Positions 18,142-27,546 of a stretch of 32,000 bases of DNA are shown in pieces (the first letter of the stretch is position 1; every line of letters begins with the position of its first letter). The stretch is from contig NC_006138.1 of NCBI RefSeq assembly GCF_000025945.1, positions 180,001-212,000 on the forward strand, in the 5' to 3' direction. Position numbers and translations under genes: made by a program. Under the pieces are notes generated by a model. That model did no database searches. It was given only the letters and a program-made list of their open reading frames with translations, and had not been told where the DNA came from. Source of the DNA: Desulfotalea psychrophila LSv54 (GTDB lineage: Bacteria; Desulfobacterota; Desulfobulbia; Desulfobulbales; Desulfocapsaceae).

Positions 18142-19100
18142 CCTTCAATGCAGTCACCCCTTTCGAGGTGATTGATACTCGCTCAGGGTTGCTCATATGC
18201 TCCTGCAGGGTCCTTCAATGTAGTCACCCCTTTCGAGGTGATTGATACATTTTTTCAGGTCGATATAGCGCATATCTTTGGCGCTTCAATGTAATCACCC
18301 CTTGCGAGGTGATTGACACGCAGACCTGCAGGCCGACCGTTATAACAGTCCTTGCTTCAATGCAGTCACCCCTTTCAAGGTGATTGATACCGTTTGCCAC
18401 AGGAAAGAGCATCGGCGGTTGATCGCTTCAATGTAGTCACCCCTTTCGAGGTGATTGATACTTCCCGAGATCGGTCAGGTCATAGACGCCAAACTGCTTC
18501 AATGTAGTCACCCCTTTCGAGGTGATTGATACGTCGACAAGGTAGGAGCCGGGCCGAGAGTAGGGGCTTCAATGTAGTCACCCCTTTCGAGGTGATTGAT
18601 ACTCGTCGTCCCAATCCATTCCGCTTGCAACAAACTGCTTCAATGTAGTCACCCCTTTCGAGGTGATTGATACGTACAGACAGGCTTATCATCAGAGTAA
18701 TAGGTGGCTTCAATGTAGTCACCCCTTTCGAGGTGATTGATACATGGGCCGAATGGCAACTCTACGAGTTCTATCCTGCTTCAATGTAGTCACCCCTTTC
18801 GAGGTGATTGATACTGTCTATCGCCTTGATAGCGGTAGATCCCTTGATGCTTCAATGTAGTCACCCCTTTCGAGGTGATTGATACCCGATGATCGGGCAA
18901 TACGTCACTTGTATCGGGTCGCTTCAATGTAGTCACCCCTTTCGAGGTGATTGATACAACCTCGGTCGATGTTTGTGGGGCTGTGTTGATTTGCTTCAAT
19001 GTAGTCACCCCTTTCGAGGTGATTGATACCAGCTCAAACTGATTTTGAGGACAGTGATAAACAGCTTCAATGTAGTCACCCCTTTCGAGGTGATTGATAC
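18142..19100 (-). CRISPR. CRISPR array, 14 x 37-bp repeats and 13 spacers (33-35 bp)
   Basis: The plus-strand repeat is GCTTCAATGTAGTCACCCCTTTCGAGGTGATTGATAC. Repeats start at 18142, 18212, 18283, 18354, 18425, 18496, 18566, 18637, 18707, 18778, 18849, 18921, 18993 and 19064. Repeats 5-14 are identical and repeats 1-4 carry 1-3 substitutions, so the low-coordinate end is the trailer. The minus-strand form GTATCAATCACCTCGAAAGGGGTGACTACATTGAAGC has a 7-bp stem with a GAAA loop and an ATTGAAGC 3' end. Confidence 0.97.
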
Positions 19101-19249
19101 TGCCAGTTAACTAACATGCTAAAAACACATATTCATCCAAGGTGTTTCCGCGAACACACTCAGAAGAACATTACAAGTTGCTGTGAATATATGCGAAAAC
19201 AGAAAATCCTTTATAATATCAATAAGTGCGAACAAGGCCACTTTCCTTG
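19101..19249 (-). promoter_or_regulatory. Putative CRISPR leader
   Basis: AT-rich 149-bp non-coding stretch between the last cas-linked ORF and the conserved end of the array. Confidence 0.5.
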
Positions 19250-19933
19250 CTAGTGAGACCTTCGCGCAGGCAGTAAATATCCCATCTGACCGTTGCGCTG
19301 AATAGTAGCCTCATAAAGATCCCCCCCCCACTCAGTACTCTTTGATTGTACAACTGCCCAAACCCCACTTATGTCTAAAGGAACTGACCATGTTACCCAC
19401 TGATAAAATCCCTTTCTAACACCTAAGCTCGTAACAGGGAGTGCTTCTGCGGCAAGCCACTGCCCAGCAATAACCCCGCGATGTGGAGAAGATGTTGGCG
19501 CCTTCATACCACCAACTTTTGCGGCCATTTTGTTAGCACCAACATCCCAACCCAGACTTGTTATGTTATCTTCGTTCATCCATGGGAGGTTGAGGGCATT
19601 TAAAATATCATCTCGCGTAACACTTATCAGCATTGTTGTAATAACATTGCTAAAACTCACTCTTCCTGCTGTGAGATCTAACGGTATTTTTTCTGCTGTC
19701 TTACTTTTGGGAAGTTCCTCCAAAAGAGAACTCCCCTCTGCGAGATACCTTGACAAGCTCTCTAAAACAATATTTTCATCTACACCAAGTAAAACAGGAT
19801 GCTGATGCTCCCACAATAAATGAGCTTTATGCCCCATACGAGATACAATTGAAAAACACCCCACTGCCGCCATCCAAGCCTGAGCATTTGTCTCAAATAA
19901 ACCTTGCATTTTATATTGCACGTTATTCCTCAC
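19250..19933 (-). CDS. Cas-linked protein of unknown family (up to 227 aa); positional candidate for a Csb3/Cas8g2-like or small-subunit component
   Basis: The ORF overlaps the cas3 stop, is on the same strand, and is the last gene before the leader. The start is uncertain: GTG at 19933, GTG at 19921 (5 nt after GAGGA) or ATG at 19909. No motif recognised. Confidence 0.45.
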   Translation of the reverse strand: MRNNVQYKMQGLFETNAQAWMAAVGCFSIVSRMGHKAHLLWEHQHPVLLGVDENIVLESLSRYLAEGSSLLEELPKSKTAEKIPLDLTAGRVSFSNVITTMLISVTRDDILNALNLPWMNEDNITSLGWDVGANKMAAKVGGMKAPTSSPHRGVIAGQWLAAEALPVTSLGVRKGFYQWVTWSVPLDISGVWAVVQSKSTEWGGDLYEATIQRNGQMGYLLPARRSH

Positions 19934-22184
19934 TTTTACTTTGTACCCAATCTGCTAGCCGAACCATTGCCTCAAGATATGCCAACTGCCATGCCCCATA
20001 TTCTTCATTCAACCTACAGGTCATACTTCCCCAATCTGATCCCCCTGCTTTATGCCACAGGGCAAAGTCTCCGCTTATTGACAAGACACTTCTGTTGTAT
20101 CCATGATGAGTCCCAACAAGATACTTCAACAAGTCGCTCACCTCATCTGACAACATTGATACAGATGCAACTTCATGCCGCCAACCCTTGGGCAAACCGG
20201 ACATACTACGAGCAACCTTCGCTGCCCATGGAGAAATGTGATTTGACTTTGCCAAGGGTGTGGAACATGCTCCAAGCATAGTTTGAAACCGAGGATCTTG
20301 CTTGCCGATATCATGCAAGCGGGCTGCTTGTCGAACAGCCTCATCTGCTGAGAAATTTTTTGCGACTTCAAACACATTGTCTAAGTGGTCACTCAAAGCA
20401 ACTTCATCACCAGATCGTTTTCTTCGTGGAGTTTCTGTAACTATAACTCCTGCTGGATAAAAGGTGATTAAAGGCTTCACAAAAGGTGCATTGGCTTCTT
20501 TGAGAAGCTCGGGAATGTCAGAATCTTCACCTGCTCCTACTAATCTAAACTTTGCTCCTACTTGATTACCTAGATCCTTAACAGGGTCACATTTCTGAGG
20601 CATCCATCCCCACTCATCATAGCCACCATACCGCGTCGGTATGACAATCATACACCCACCGCGTATGCTGTCACCCCTTACAACCCTATCGCCTACAACA
20701 ACAGACCGACGCCCTAGCCAACGTACAACCTCATAAATAGGACATGGCATAGCTTCTGCCATTACTGGAGGTGCTGCTTGAACAATTTCAACCCATTGCT
20801 CAGTTTCACAGGGAAGGTCTTCACGCCACACTACCTGAACAGTGATATTGTCTTTATCGTCACCATGGAGCCAAGGACTAATATCCATATCGACAGATGG
20901 CATGGTTTGCCTCAAACAACGAAGATCTGTATGACTCAAAGGGAAAGGAAGGGAAATTTCTCGCATTGGGGGGCTGCTTGCTTCTATAGCTTTTTTTATT
21001 GCAAGTACGCCAAAATCAACCCGCTTATTTTTACCCTTACCGTGTTGTATTTTTTTGAGCCATGACCATGTACTTTTTAGAATTTTCTTCCCATAAACTT
21101 TGCAATCCTGATCCTTTCCCAGATCAAGATAAACAATCGCCCCCTGACATGCCTGTAATTCTCCAAGCCGATCTAGTCGCCCAAATCTTTGTTGCAAGGC
21201 ATCAATTGGTGCATTTTGAGTTACAAGGGCATCAAAATCTAAATCCGCCCCCACCTCAATGGTTTGTGTTGCCACCACAAAAAGAGGCTGCCTCCCTCGT
21301 CCTCTACTACCACTGAGCATTTGCGGAAGGTATTGATTAAGTATTTCATCTTTATCAGCTGGTCTCACGCGACCTGTGAGGAGAATCTTCTCGCCTGGCA
21401 ATTTAGCAAAAATTGCTCGTGCATGTTTAGTGGTGTTGCATACCACGGCCACAACGCCTTTTACATCCGCCATTAGAAGGTTCGCTTCTTTCACCATTGT
21501 TGACAAAAATTGCTCGTCCGATGGTTTGACCAACTTAACAATCTTTTTACTGGCTAATCTTTTCTTGAGGACAGGATGAGCATAATCTTTAGCAGACAAA
21601 GTCATAGTCCTGTCATCTGTTACAGGTGTCGCTGTCATTGTAACAACGTGCCAGGGTAATATTGAGGGGGGGCGAAGATTCATAATCTGCTTTAAAGTCT
21701 CCGCAAATGGGGTAGAGATATGCGCCTCATCTAAAACAATCATCGCGTCATTCCCAATCAAAGCAGCGTGAATAGGAGCTGACTTCGGACTGACACCATA
21801 CCCGCGCCATAAAAGACGTGAACCAGCTTGGTCTACTGTGGAAACAATAACAACAGGCTCATGTGGATTCAGCATCCACGAGTCATCAATTGTTACTCCA
21901 CCTCTCATTTTTATTACGGTACAACCGATTTTCTCTGCATACTCAGTAACAGAATCTACAATAAGGCGACGATCCACGATATAAATAAGGCGAGTAGGGA
22001 CTTTCGCTCCAATCTCCACAGCATAATGCCAGGCAGCGATTATGGCGGTTTTACCTGAAGCAGTAGGGGTTGATATCGACTCAGGTGGTTGACCTGCTAA
22101 CACCCTTTCTGCAAGAGACAATTGCCAAGGAAATGGACTATATCCATGTTTTCCCTGATACCACTCATCAAATTTGAGAGACAT
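19923..22184 (-). CDS. cas3: Cas3 helicase-nuclease with C-terminal HD domain (type I-G/I-U architecture)
   Basis: SF2 helicase motifs TPTASGKTA (I), VLDEAH (II), MTATP (III), VATQTIEVGADLDFD (V) and QQRFGRLDR (VI). The C-terminal HD-like region has ..LSDHL.., RLHDIGK, WRHEVAS and GTHHG. Confidence 0.9.
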   Translation of the reverse strand: MSLKFDEWYQGKHGYSPFPWQLSLAERVLAGQPPESISTPTASGKTAIIAAWHYAVEIGAKVPTRLIYIVDRRLIVDSVTEYAEKIGCTVIKMRGGVTIDDSWMLNPHEPVVIVSTVDQAGSRLLWRGYGVSPKSAPIHAALIGNDAMIVLDEAHISTPFAETLKQIMNLRPPSILPWHVVTMTATPVTDDRTMTLSAKDYAHPVLKKRLASKKIVKLVKPSDEQFLSTMVKEANLLMADVKGVVAVVCNTTKHARAIFAKLPGEKILLTGRVRPADKDEILNQYLPQMLSGSRGRGRQPLFVVATQTIEVGADLDFDALVTQNAPIDALQQRFGRLDRLGELQACQGAIVYLDLGKDQDCKVYGKKILKSTWSWLKKIQHGKGKNKRVDFGVLAIKKAIEASSPPMREISLPFPLSHTDLRCLRQTMPSVDMDISPWLHGDDKDNITVQVVWREDLPCETEQWVEIVQAAPPVMAEAMPCPIYEVVRWLGRRSVVVGDRVVRGDSIRGGCMIVIPTRYGGYDEWGWMPQKCDPVKDLGNQVGAKFRLVGAGEDSDIPELLKEANAPFVKPLITFYPAGVIVTETPRRKRSGDEVALSDHLDNVFEVAKNFSADEAVRQAARLHDIGKQDPRFQTMLGACSTPLAKSNHISPWAAKVARSMSGLPKGWRHEVASVSMLSDEVSDLLKYLVGTHHGYNRSVLSISGDFALWHKAGGSDWGSMTCRLNEEYGAWQLAYLEAMVRLADWVQSKSEE

Positions 22185-23457
22185 TGTTTAGCTCCTCTGA
22201 GTAAAAGGGTCTACATAAACCACTGCCAAAATACCGATCGGCACCGATTATAATTGGCCCTATTATATATGATGACCATACTATAACGACATGGCACATA
22301 TATCGCCTGTTCTTCCTTGAGGGATATTTTCTTGCATCTATAGTGCCTTTTATCGGGGAGGTATTGCCACAAGAAATGTACGCAGGCAAAGGTAAGCCCA
22401 TTTTAGCCAAGCTTTCAGCAACAATGCTTTCAGGAGAAACCTTCTTTGTAGGCCAACGATCAAGAGCTACAGGGGTAACAGTTGCAAAAGATTTTGAGGC
22501 CTTATTCCAAGCACTACTTTGTAAACCCTTCAAACCAACATTGTCTAGCTCTAGCTCAACCTCTCCAAGATTTCTTACCCTCATCAAAGATGCACCTACA
22601 ACTCCAACCTCTAAGTCACTTACGTCTGACGGAAGCCAACAACCTAGCCCTAGGATATGTCCCTTTGCATACTTATGACCAACATCAGGAATTGCCGCCC
22701 AAGCAACATGACGATAATCTCCGTGACCATGTACAAGTGGTGGCAAGGATGAATCTTCAGCCTGACTTATAACTGCCCTCCGTAACTTATCTGTCCAATA
22801 CGTTGTTTGGTGGATATCAAGCTGTCTTTGAGGACGTAGTACAAAAAGCTCCCCCCATCTTTCATTAGAGACAAGAGTCTTCTTTTCTCTATACGAGGTA
22901 TAAGGCGCAGCAGGGCTTCTCGCACCTACTTCAAAATGCGCTATAAGTTCTTGCAACCTACCCGTATATGGAGTCCTAACCCGTAAACCTCCATCTTTAT
23001 CTGGTACCCAATTAAACTTAACACTATCAGCAGGAACAACCCTTCCGATAACAAGACTTGTGGCTCTGCCGATGTGAGTCAGTTGTTCAACAATTTTTGT
23101 AAGAGGAGCAATACATTTTTCGGGAACATCTCTCCAAAGATAACTCACGATATTATTCTTTGGATGAACAACTGGGAGATGTCTTGCTGTACCCGTATGA
23201 TAATCTTTTCCTCTACGAAAATTTTCCGGCACATATTGCAGCGGGGCTCTAGGACACAATGCTTCTTCAAATTGCATCAAAGGAGGCGATTCAAGGTACT
23301 TTAACACCTCCAGATCTTCGCCTATTTCAGCGGCTGTTGCGACCATGGCTTGAAATTTTCGATCTGGGGCCGGAGGCCATTCACCTCTTTGAGGTGATGC
23401 TGGATCTGATAACTGCGGCTTAACCAGAAATTCTATCTGCGCCGCAAAGTCACTCAT
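22168..23457 (-). CDS. csb2: Csb2-like (GSU0054-family, Cas5/Cas6-type RAMP) protein of type I-G systems
   Basis: The N-terminal GEWPPAPDRKFQAMVATAA and C-terminal ..IGPIIIGADRYFGSGLCRP resemble the Csb2 family as I recall it. The ATG at 23457 follows GAGGAGAGGA and overlaps the cas7 stop (ATGA). Confidence 0.65.
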   Translation of the reverse strand: MSDFAAQIEFLVKPQLSDPASPQRGEWPPAPDRKFQAMVATAAEIGEDLEVLKYLESPPLMQFEEALCPRAPLQYVPENFRRGKDYHTGTARHLPVVHPKNNIVSYLWRDVPEKCIAPLTKIVEQLTHIGRATSLVIGRVVPADSVKFNWVPDKDGGLRVRTPYTGRLQELIAHFEVGARSPAAPYTSYREKKTLVSNERWGELFVLRPQRQLDIHQTTYWTDKLRRAVISQAEDSSLPPLVHGHGDYRHVAWAAIPDVGHKYAKGHILGLGCWLPSDVSDLEVGVVGASLMRVRNLGEVELELDNVGLKGLQSSAWNKASKSFATVTPVALDRWPTKKVSPESIVAESLAKMGLPLPAYISCGNTSPIKGTIDARKYPSRKNRRYMCHVVIVWSSYIIGPIIIGADRYFGSGLCRPFYSEELNNVSQI

Positions 23458-24490
23458 TCCTCTCCTCGTGGAAGAAGACCCACCAGAGCACTCCCAGCCG
23501 TCAAACATATCGGCTCTTGGTTAAAAGAAAGACCATGTTCTTTTGCCACAGCCAATGCTTCTTTTAGCTTAGCGGTTGACGAAGGAAGATTGAATGCTAC
23601 CTGCTCGCCATTCGATCTTAAAACATAGGACTCACGACTAGCTGTATAAAGCTCACAACCAGAACGTAAATCTAATTTGTCCATGACCAGAGAAACTCCT
23701 AGTAAAGCTAACTGTATGAGTACCTCACGGCCTGCTTGATCTCGTTCTGGGCTAGATGTACCAGCTTCATCAGGAAAACTATAGCGGCTTAACCGCGTCA
23801 GAGATATTGCTCCGTTTAACTCTATACGTCCTGCAAAGACACCTTTATCCGCTGTATCTGGAATATCACTATGCCCCAATTTAGAAGGGTTTTACCACCT
23901 TCTGGATCGGGAGTAATTGTTCCATCCTTCAATGAATGGAGGGGCAGAGTTAGCTTTGATCCCCAAGGGGGTCAATTCTTTGGGCTTGTATGCTGAGCCA
24001 CAAAAACATCATATCCCCATATTTCGCATGACACTGATCGAGATATCTTCACTCCTTTTACACTTTTTCCAGCATGAGAATCCCAGCCACCTAAAGAAGT
24101 GTCATGGAGCATAAGTAAAAGAGCAGTTGCATTCTTTGTGGTACTACTGAGTAATTGATGTCCTATATCAGAATTTCTCCATGAGTCTTCCCCCAAAAAG
24201 GAGTCACGAAGAATGGCATCATATATCCTATGAGGCAACTCATTCACAGAGAGCGTTTGATTGGCAACAGATGTTGTTATCTCTGGAAGGATGCCAAGAG
24301 CGGCAAGCTCTGCTTCAATACGATTTGCAAATGATCCCACAGAATCAACCTGCACAGCCTTAGCTTTGCCCGTCCCTTTATCTAAAGCAACAAAGTTGTG
24401 ACCTACACCTGCAAATGTTGGTGGGTATATGTGATCACTACCATTAACATTCTTGAGGTTTGCTTTAATAGAAATAGCGACATCTGACAT
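23454..24490 (-). pseudogene. cas7: Cas7 (Csb1/GSU0053-like RAMP) gene, interrupted
   Basis: The N-terminal piece (24490 to 23972) starts at MSDVAISIK... with AAGGAG 7 nt upstream and contains ..LGGWDSHAG... The C-terminal piece (23879 to 23454) is in a different frame. The 23880-23975 interval has stops in all three frames. The combined length of about 340 aa fits a single Cas7. Confidence 0.6.
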
Positions 24491-24686
24491 ATTCTTTCTC
24501 CTTAAATGGGTGGTACAAACATGGATGACAACCAACTTGATTTCGAGGCGTCTATATGATAGGAGCAATAGACATTATTCCACTATTTCATTCAAGTCTT
24601 TGTTTTTAAAAAAGAATAAAAGTTACTGAGTCTTTATGAGACGGAGAGAGAGAGAAAGACTCTACCTCAAAGAAGGGGTTGAGCCG

Positions 24687-24873
24687 TATCTAGCTCAAGA
24701 GGAGATGAAACAGGGGATTGGTGGCACAGGAGGTAAAAACTCTTCGTTTGCTCTTGGGGTGGGCGGGGATCGCTGCTCGAAACATTGATCCAATCTGCTT
24801 ACATAGTGCTTACACGAGCAAAAGACACAAAAAAAGGGTTACAGCCGAATGACTGTAACCCTTTGGAATAACT
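24687..24873. repeat. 'Arm B': island sequence immediately downstream of the tRNA 3' end, homologous to 11671-11884
   Basis: See the 11671-11884 entry. It lacks the CCACATTG-repeat segment of about 27 bp that is present in arm A. Confidence 0.8.
24829..24862 (-). terminator. Intrinsic terminator of tRNA-Met
   Basis: On the minus strand, AGGGTTACAG-tcattcgg-CTGTAACCCT is followed by T7, 11 nt after the CCA end. Confidence 0.75.
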
Positions 24874-24950
24874 TGGTGGCGATACAGGGAATCGAACCCC
24901 GGACACTACGGATATGAGCCGTATGCTCTAACCGACTGAGCTACATCGCC
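24874..24950 (-). tRNA. tRNA-Met (anticodon CAU; elongator type, though Ile2/lysidine identity cannot be excluded)
   Basis: Hand-folded 77-nt cloverleaf: GGCGAUG UA GCUC AGUCGGUUA GAGC A UACGG CUCAUAU CCGUA GUGUC CGGGG UUCGAUU CCCUG UAUCGCC A CCA. The G1-C72 pair and the absence of a 3xGC anticodon stem argue against an initiator tRNA. Confidence 0.9.
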
Positions 24951-24968
24951 GCGCTGTGAAGCAAGGAC

Positions 24969-24997
24969 TTTATACTTAATTACCCTCTTGCTGTCAA
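24969..24997 (-). promoter_or_regulatory. Sigma70-type promoter of tRNA-Met
   Basis: On the minus strand, TTGACA (24997-24992), a 17-bp spacer and TATAAA (24974-24969), about 19 nt upstream of the mature tRNA 5' end. Confidence 0.7.
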
Positions 24998-25181
24998 CAT
25001 ATTTTCCCTGTTTCTTTTGTTAAATTTCGTTTTCCAGGGCCTTTTTTCCTGAGACAAAAGGAGGGCCTGCCTAAGCCACTATTGTTGCGAAATAAAACGA
25101 TAGATGCGACAGGGCAGCGAAGAGATCTCTCCGACAAGAAAAAAGAACCGACACGGACAAGGGGAGAAGCAGAGAGGGTAC

Positions 25182-25218
25182 AAAAAAAGGGGGGACAGAC
25201 ATAAAGCCGGTCCCCCCC
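25182..25218 (-). terminator. Intrinsic terminator after groEL
   Basis: On the minus strand, GGGGGGAC-13 nt loop-GTCCCCCC is followed by T7. Confidence 0.7.
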
Positions 25219-25256
25219 AGGTACAACTAAAGCAAATGTGCTTCAGGTACGGCTGA

Positions 25257-26968
<1,712 letters not shown>

Positions 26969-27027
26969 TCAGCGGGGCAAACAACTTCTAAACAATCAGT
27001 GTAGCTGTATCATCAGGAAACTGATGA

Positions 27028-27315
27028 CTACTCCATGATGCCGAGGATATCGTCTTCACGCATGATGAGAAAATCTTCTCCATCAAGCTTCACATCGGTT
27101 CCACCATACTTGGAGAAGAGTACAAGATCGCCCTCTTTTACCTGCAATGCAACACGCTCACCACTGTCGCTAACCTTTCCAGGTCCTACAGCTACAACCT
27201 GACCTTCAGCTGGCTTTTCTTTAGCGCTATCAGGAATGATGATACCACCAGCGGTTTTCTCTTCTTCAGCCAGTCTCTTCACCAAAAGCCGATCATTCAA
27301 GGGACGAATTTTCAT
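27028..27315 (-). CDS. groES: Co-chaperonin GroES
   Basis: 95 aa reading [14 protein letters not shown]...[23 protein letters not shown]. It lies directly upstream of groEL. Confidence 0.95.
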   Translation of the reverse strand: MKIRPLNDRLLVKRLAEEEKTAGGIIIPDSAKEKPAEGQVVAVGPGKVSDSGERVALQVKEGDLVLFSKYGGTDVKLDGEDFLIMREDDILGIME

Positions 27316-27420
27316 TACTGCCTCCTGCGTTACATATATGTTTTTAGTTATCCTCGTCTATCTAGACGATTTTTCATCATAGTTACCTATGTCGTTAGGT
27401 AGTCATTTAAACTCGCAAAA

Positions 27421-27452
27421 ACTATAGGTTCGGTTTAATAAAAATCAAGGGG
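27421..27452 (-). promoter_or_regulatory. Candidate sigma32-type heat-shock promoter of groES-groEL
   Basis: On the minus strand, CTCCCCTTGATT, 13 nt, then ACCTATAGT. The consensus is CCCTTGAA-N13-15-CCCCATNT. No CIRCE (TTAGCACTC-N9-GAGTGCTAA) was seen. Confidence 0.4.
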
Positions 27453-27460
27453 AGTTTTAC

Positions 27461-27500
27461 AAAAAAACAAGGCCCCTATCGAATATCTCGAAGGGGCCTT
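27461..27500 (-). terminator. Intrinsic terminator after ilvE
   Basis: On the minus strand, AAGGCCCCTT-cgagatattcgat-AGGGGCCTT is followed by a T-run (GTTTTTTT). Confidence 0.75.
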
Positions 27501-27546
27501 TAGACTAGATTTCAATTCCTTAGATGAGAGAAATCAGAGGAAGATG

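Larger units (their letters stand above)
11885..24924. mobile_element. tRNA-Met-integrated genomic island (about 13 kb): P4-type integrase, primase/helicase replicon module and CRISPR-Cas cargo
   Basis: Perfect 51-bp direct repeats at both ends, one of them inside an intact tRNA gene. A tyrosine integrase starts about 170 bp inside one end. Also present: an excisionase-like HTH gene, an SF3 helicase, iterons and an IS remnant. Confidence 0.8.

Noticed and set aside
18224-19008. Three minus-strand ORFs (18224-18412, 18480-18722, 18790-19008) with recurring SITSKGVTTLK peptides.
   Set aside because: They lie entirely inside the CRISPR array. The repeated peptide is simply the translated repeat, so they are not genes.
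19530-22058. Multiple plus-strand ORFs (for example 19530-19805, 19750-20106, 19904-20281, 20778-21065, 21062-21579, 21828-22058).
   Set aside because: All are antisense to cas3 or the 227-aa ORF. They are short and mutually overlapping, and the opposite strand carries clear helicase and HD motifs.
27316-27546. CIRCE/HrcA operator upstream of groES.
   Set aside because: I searched by eye for TTAGCACTC-N9-GAGTGCTAA on both strands and found nothing similar. Only a sigma32-like promoter candidate is reported.
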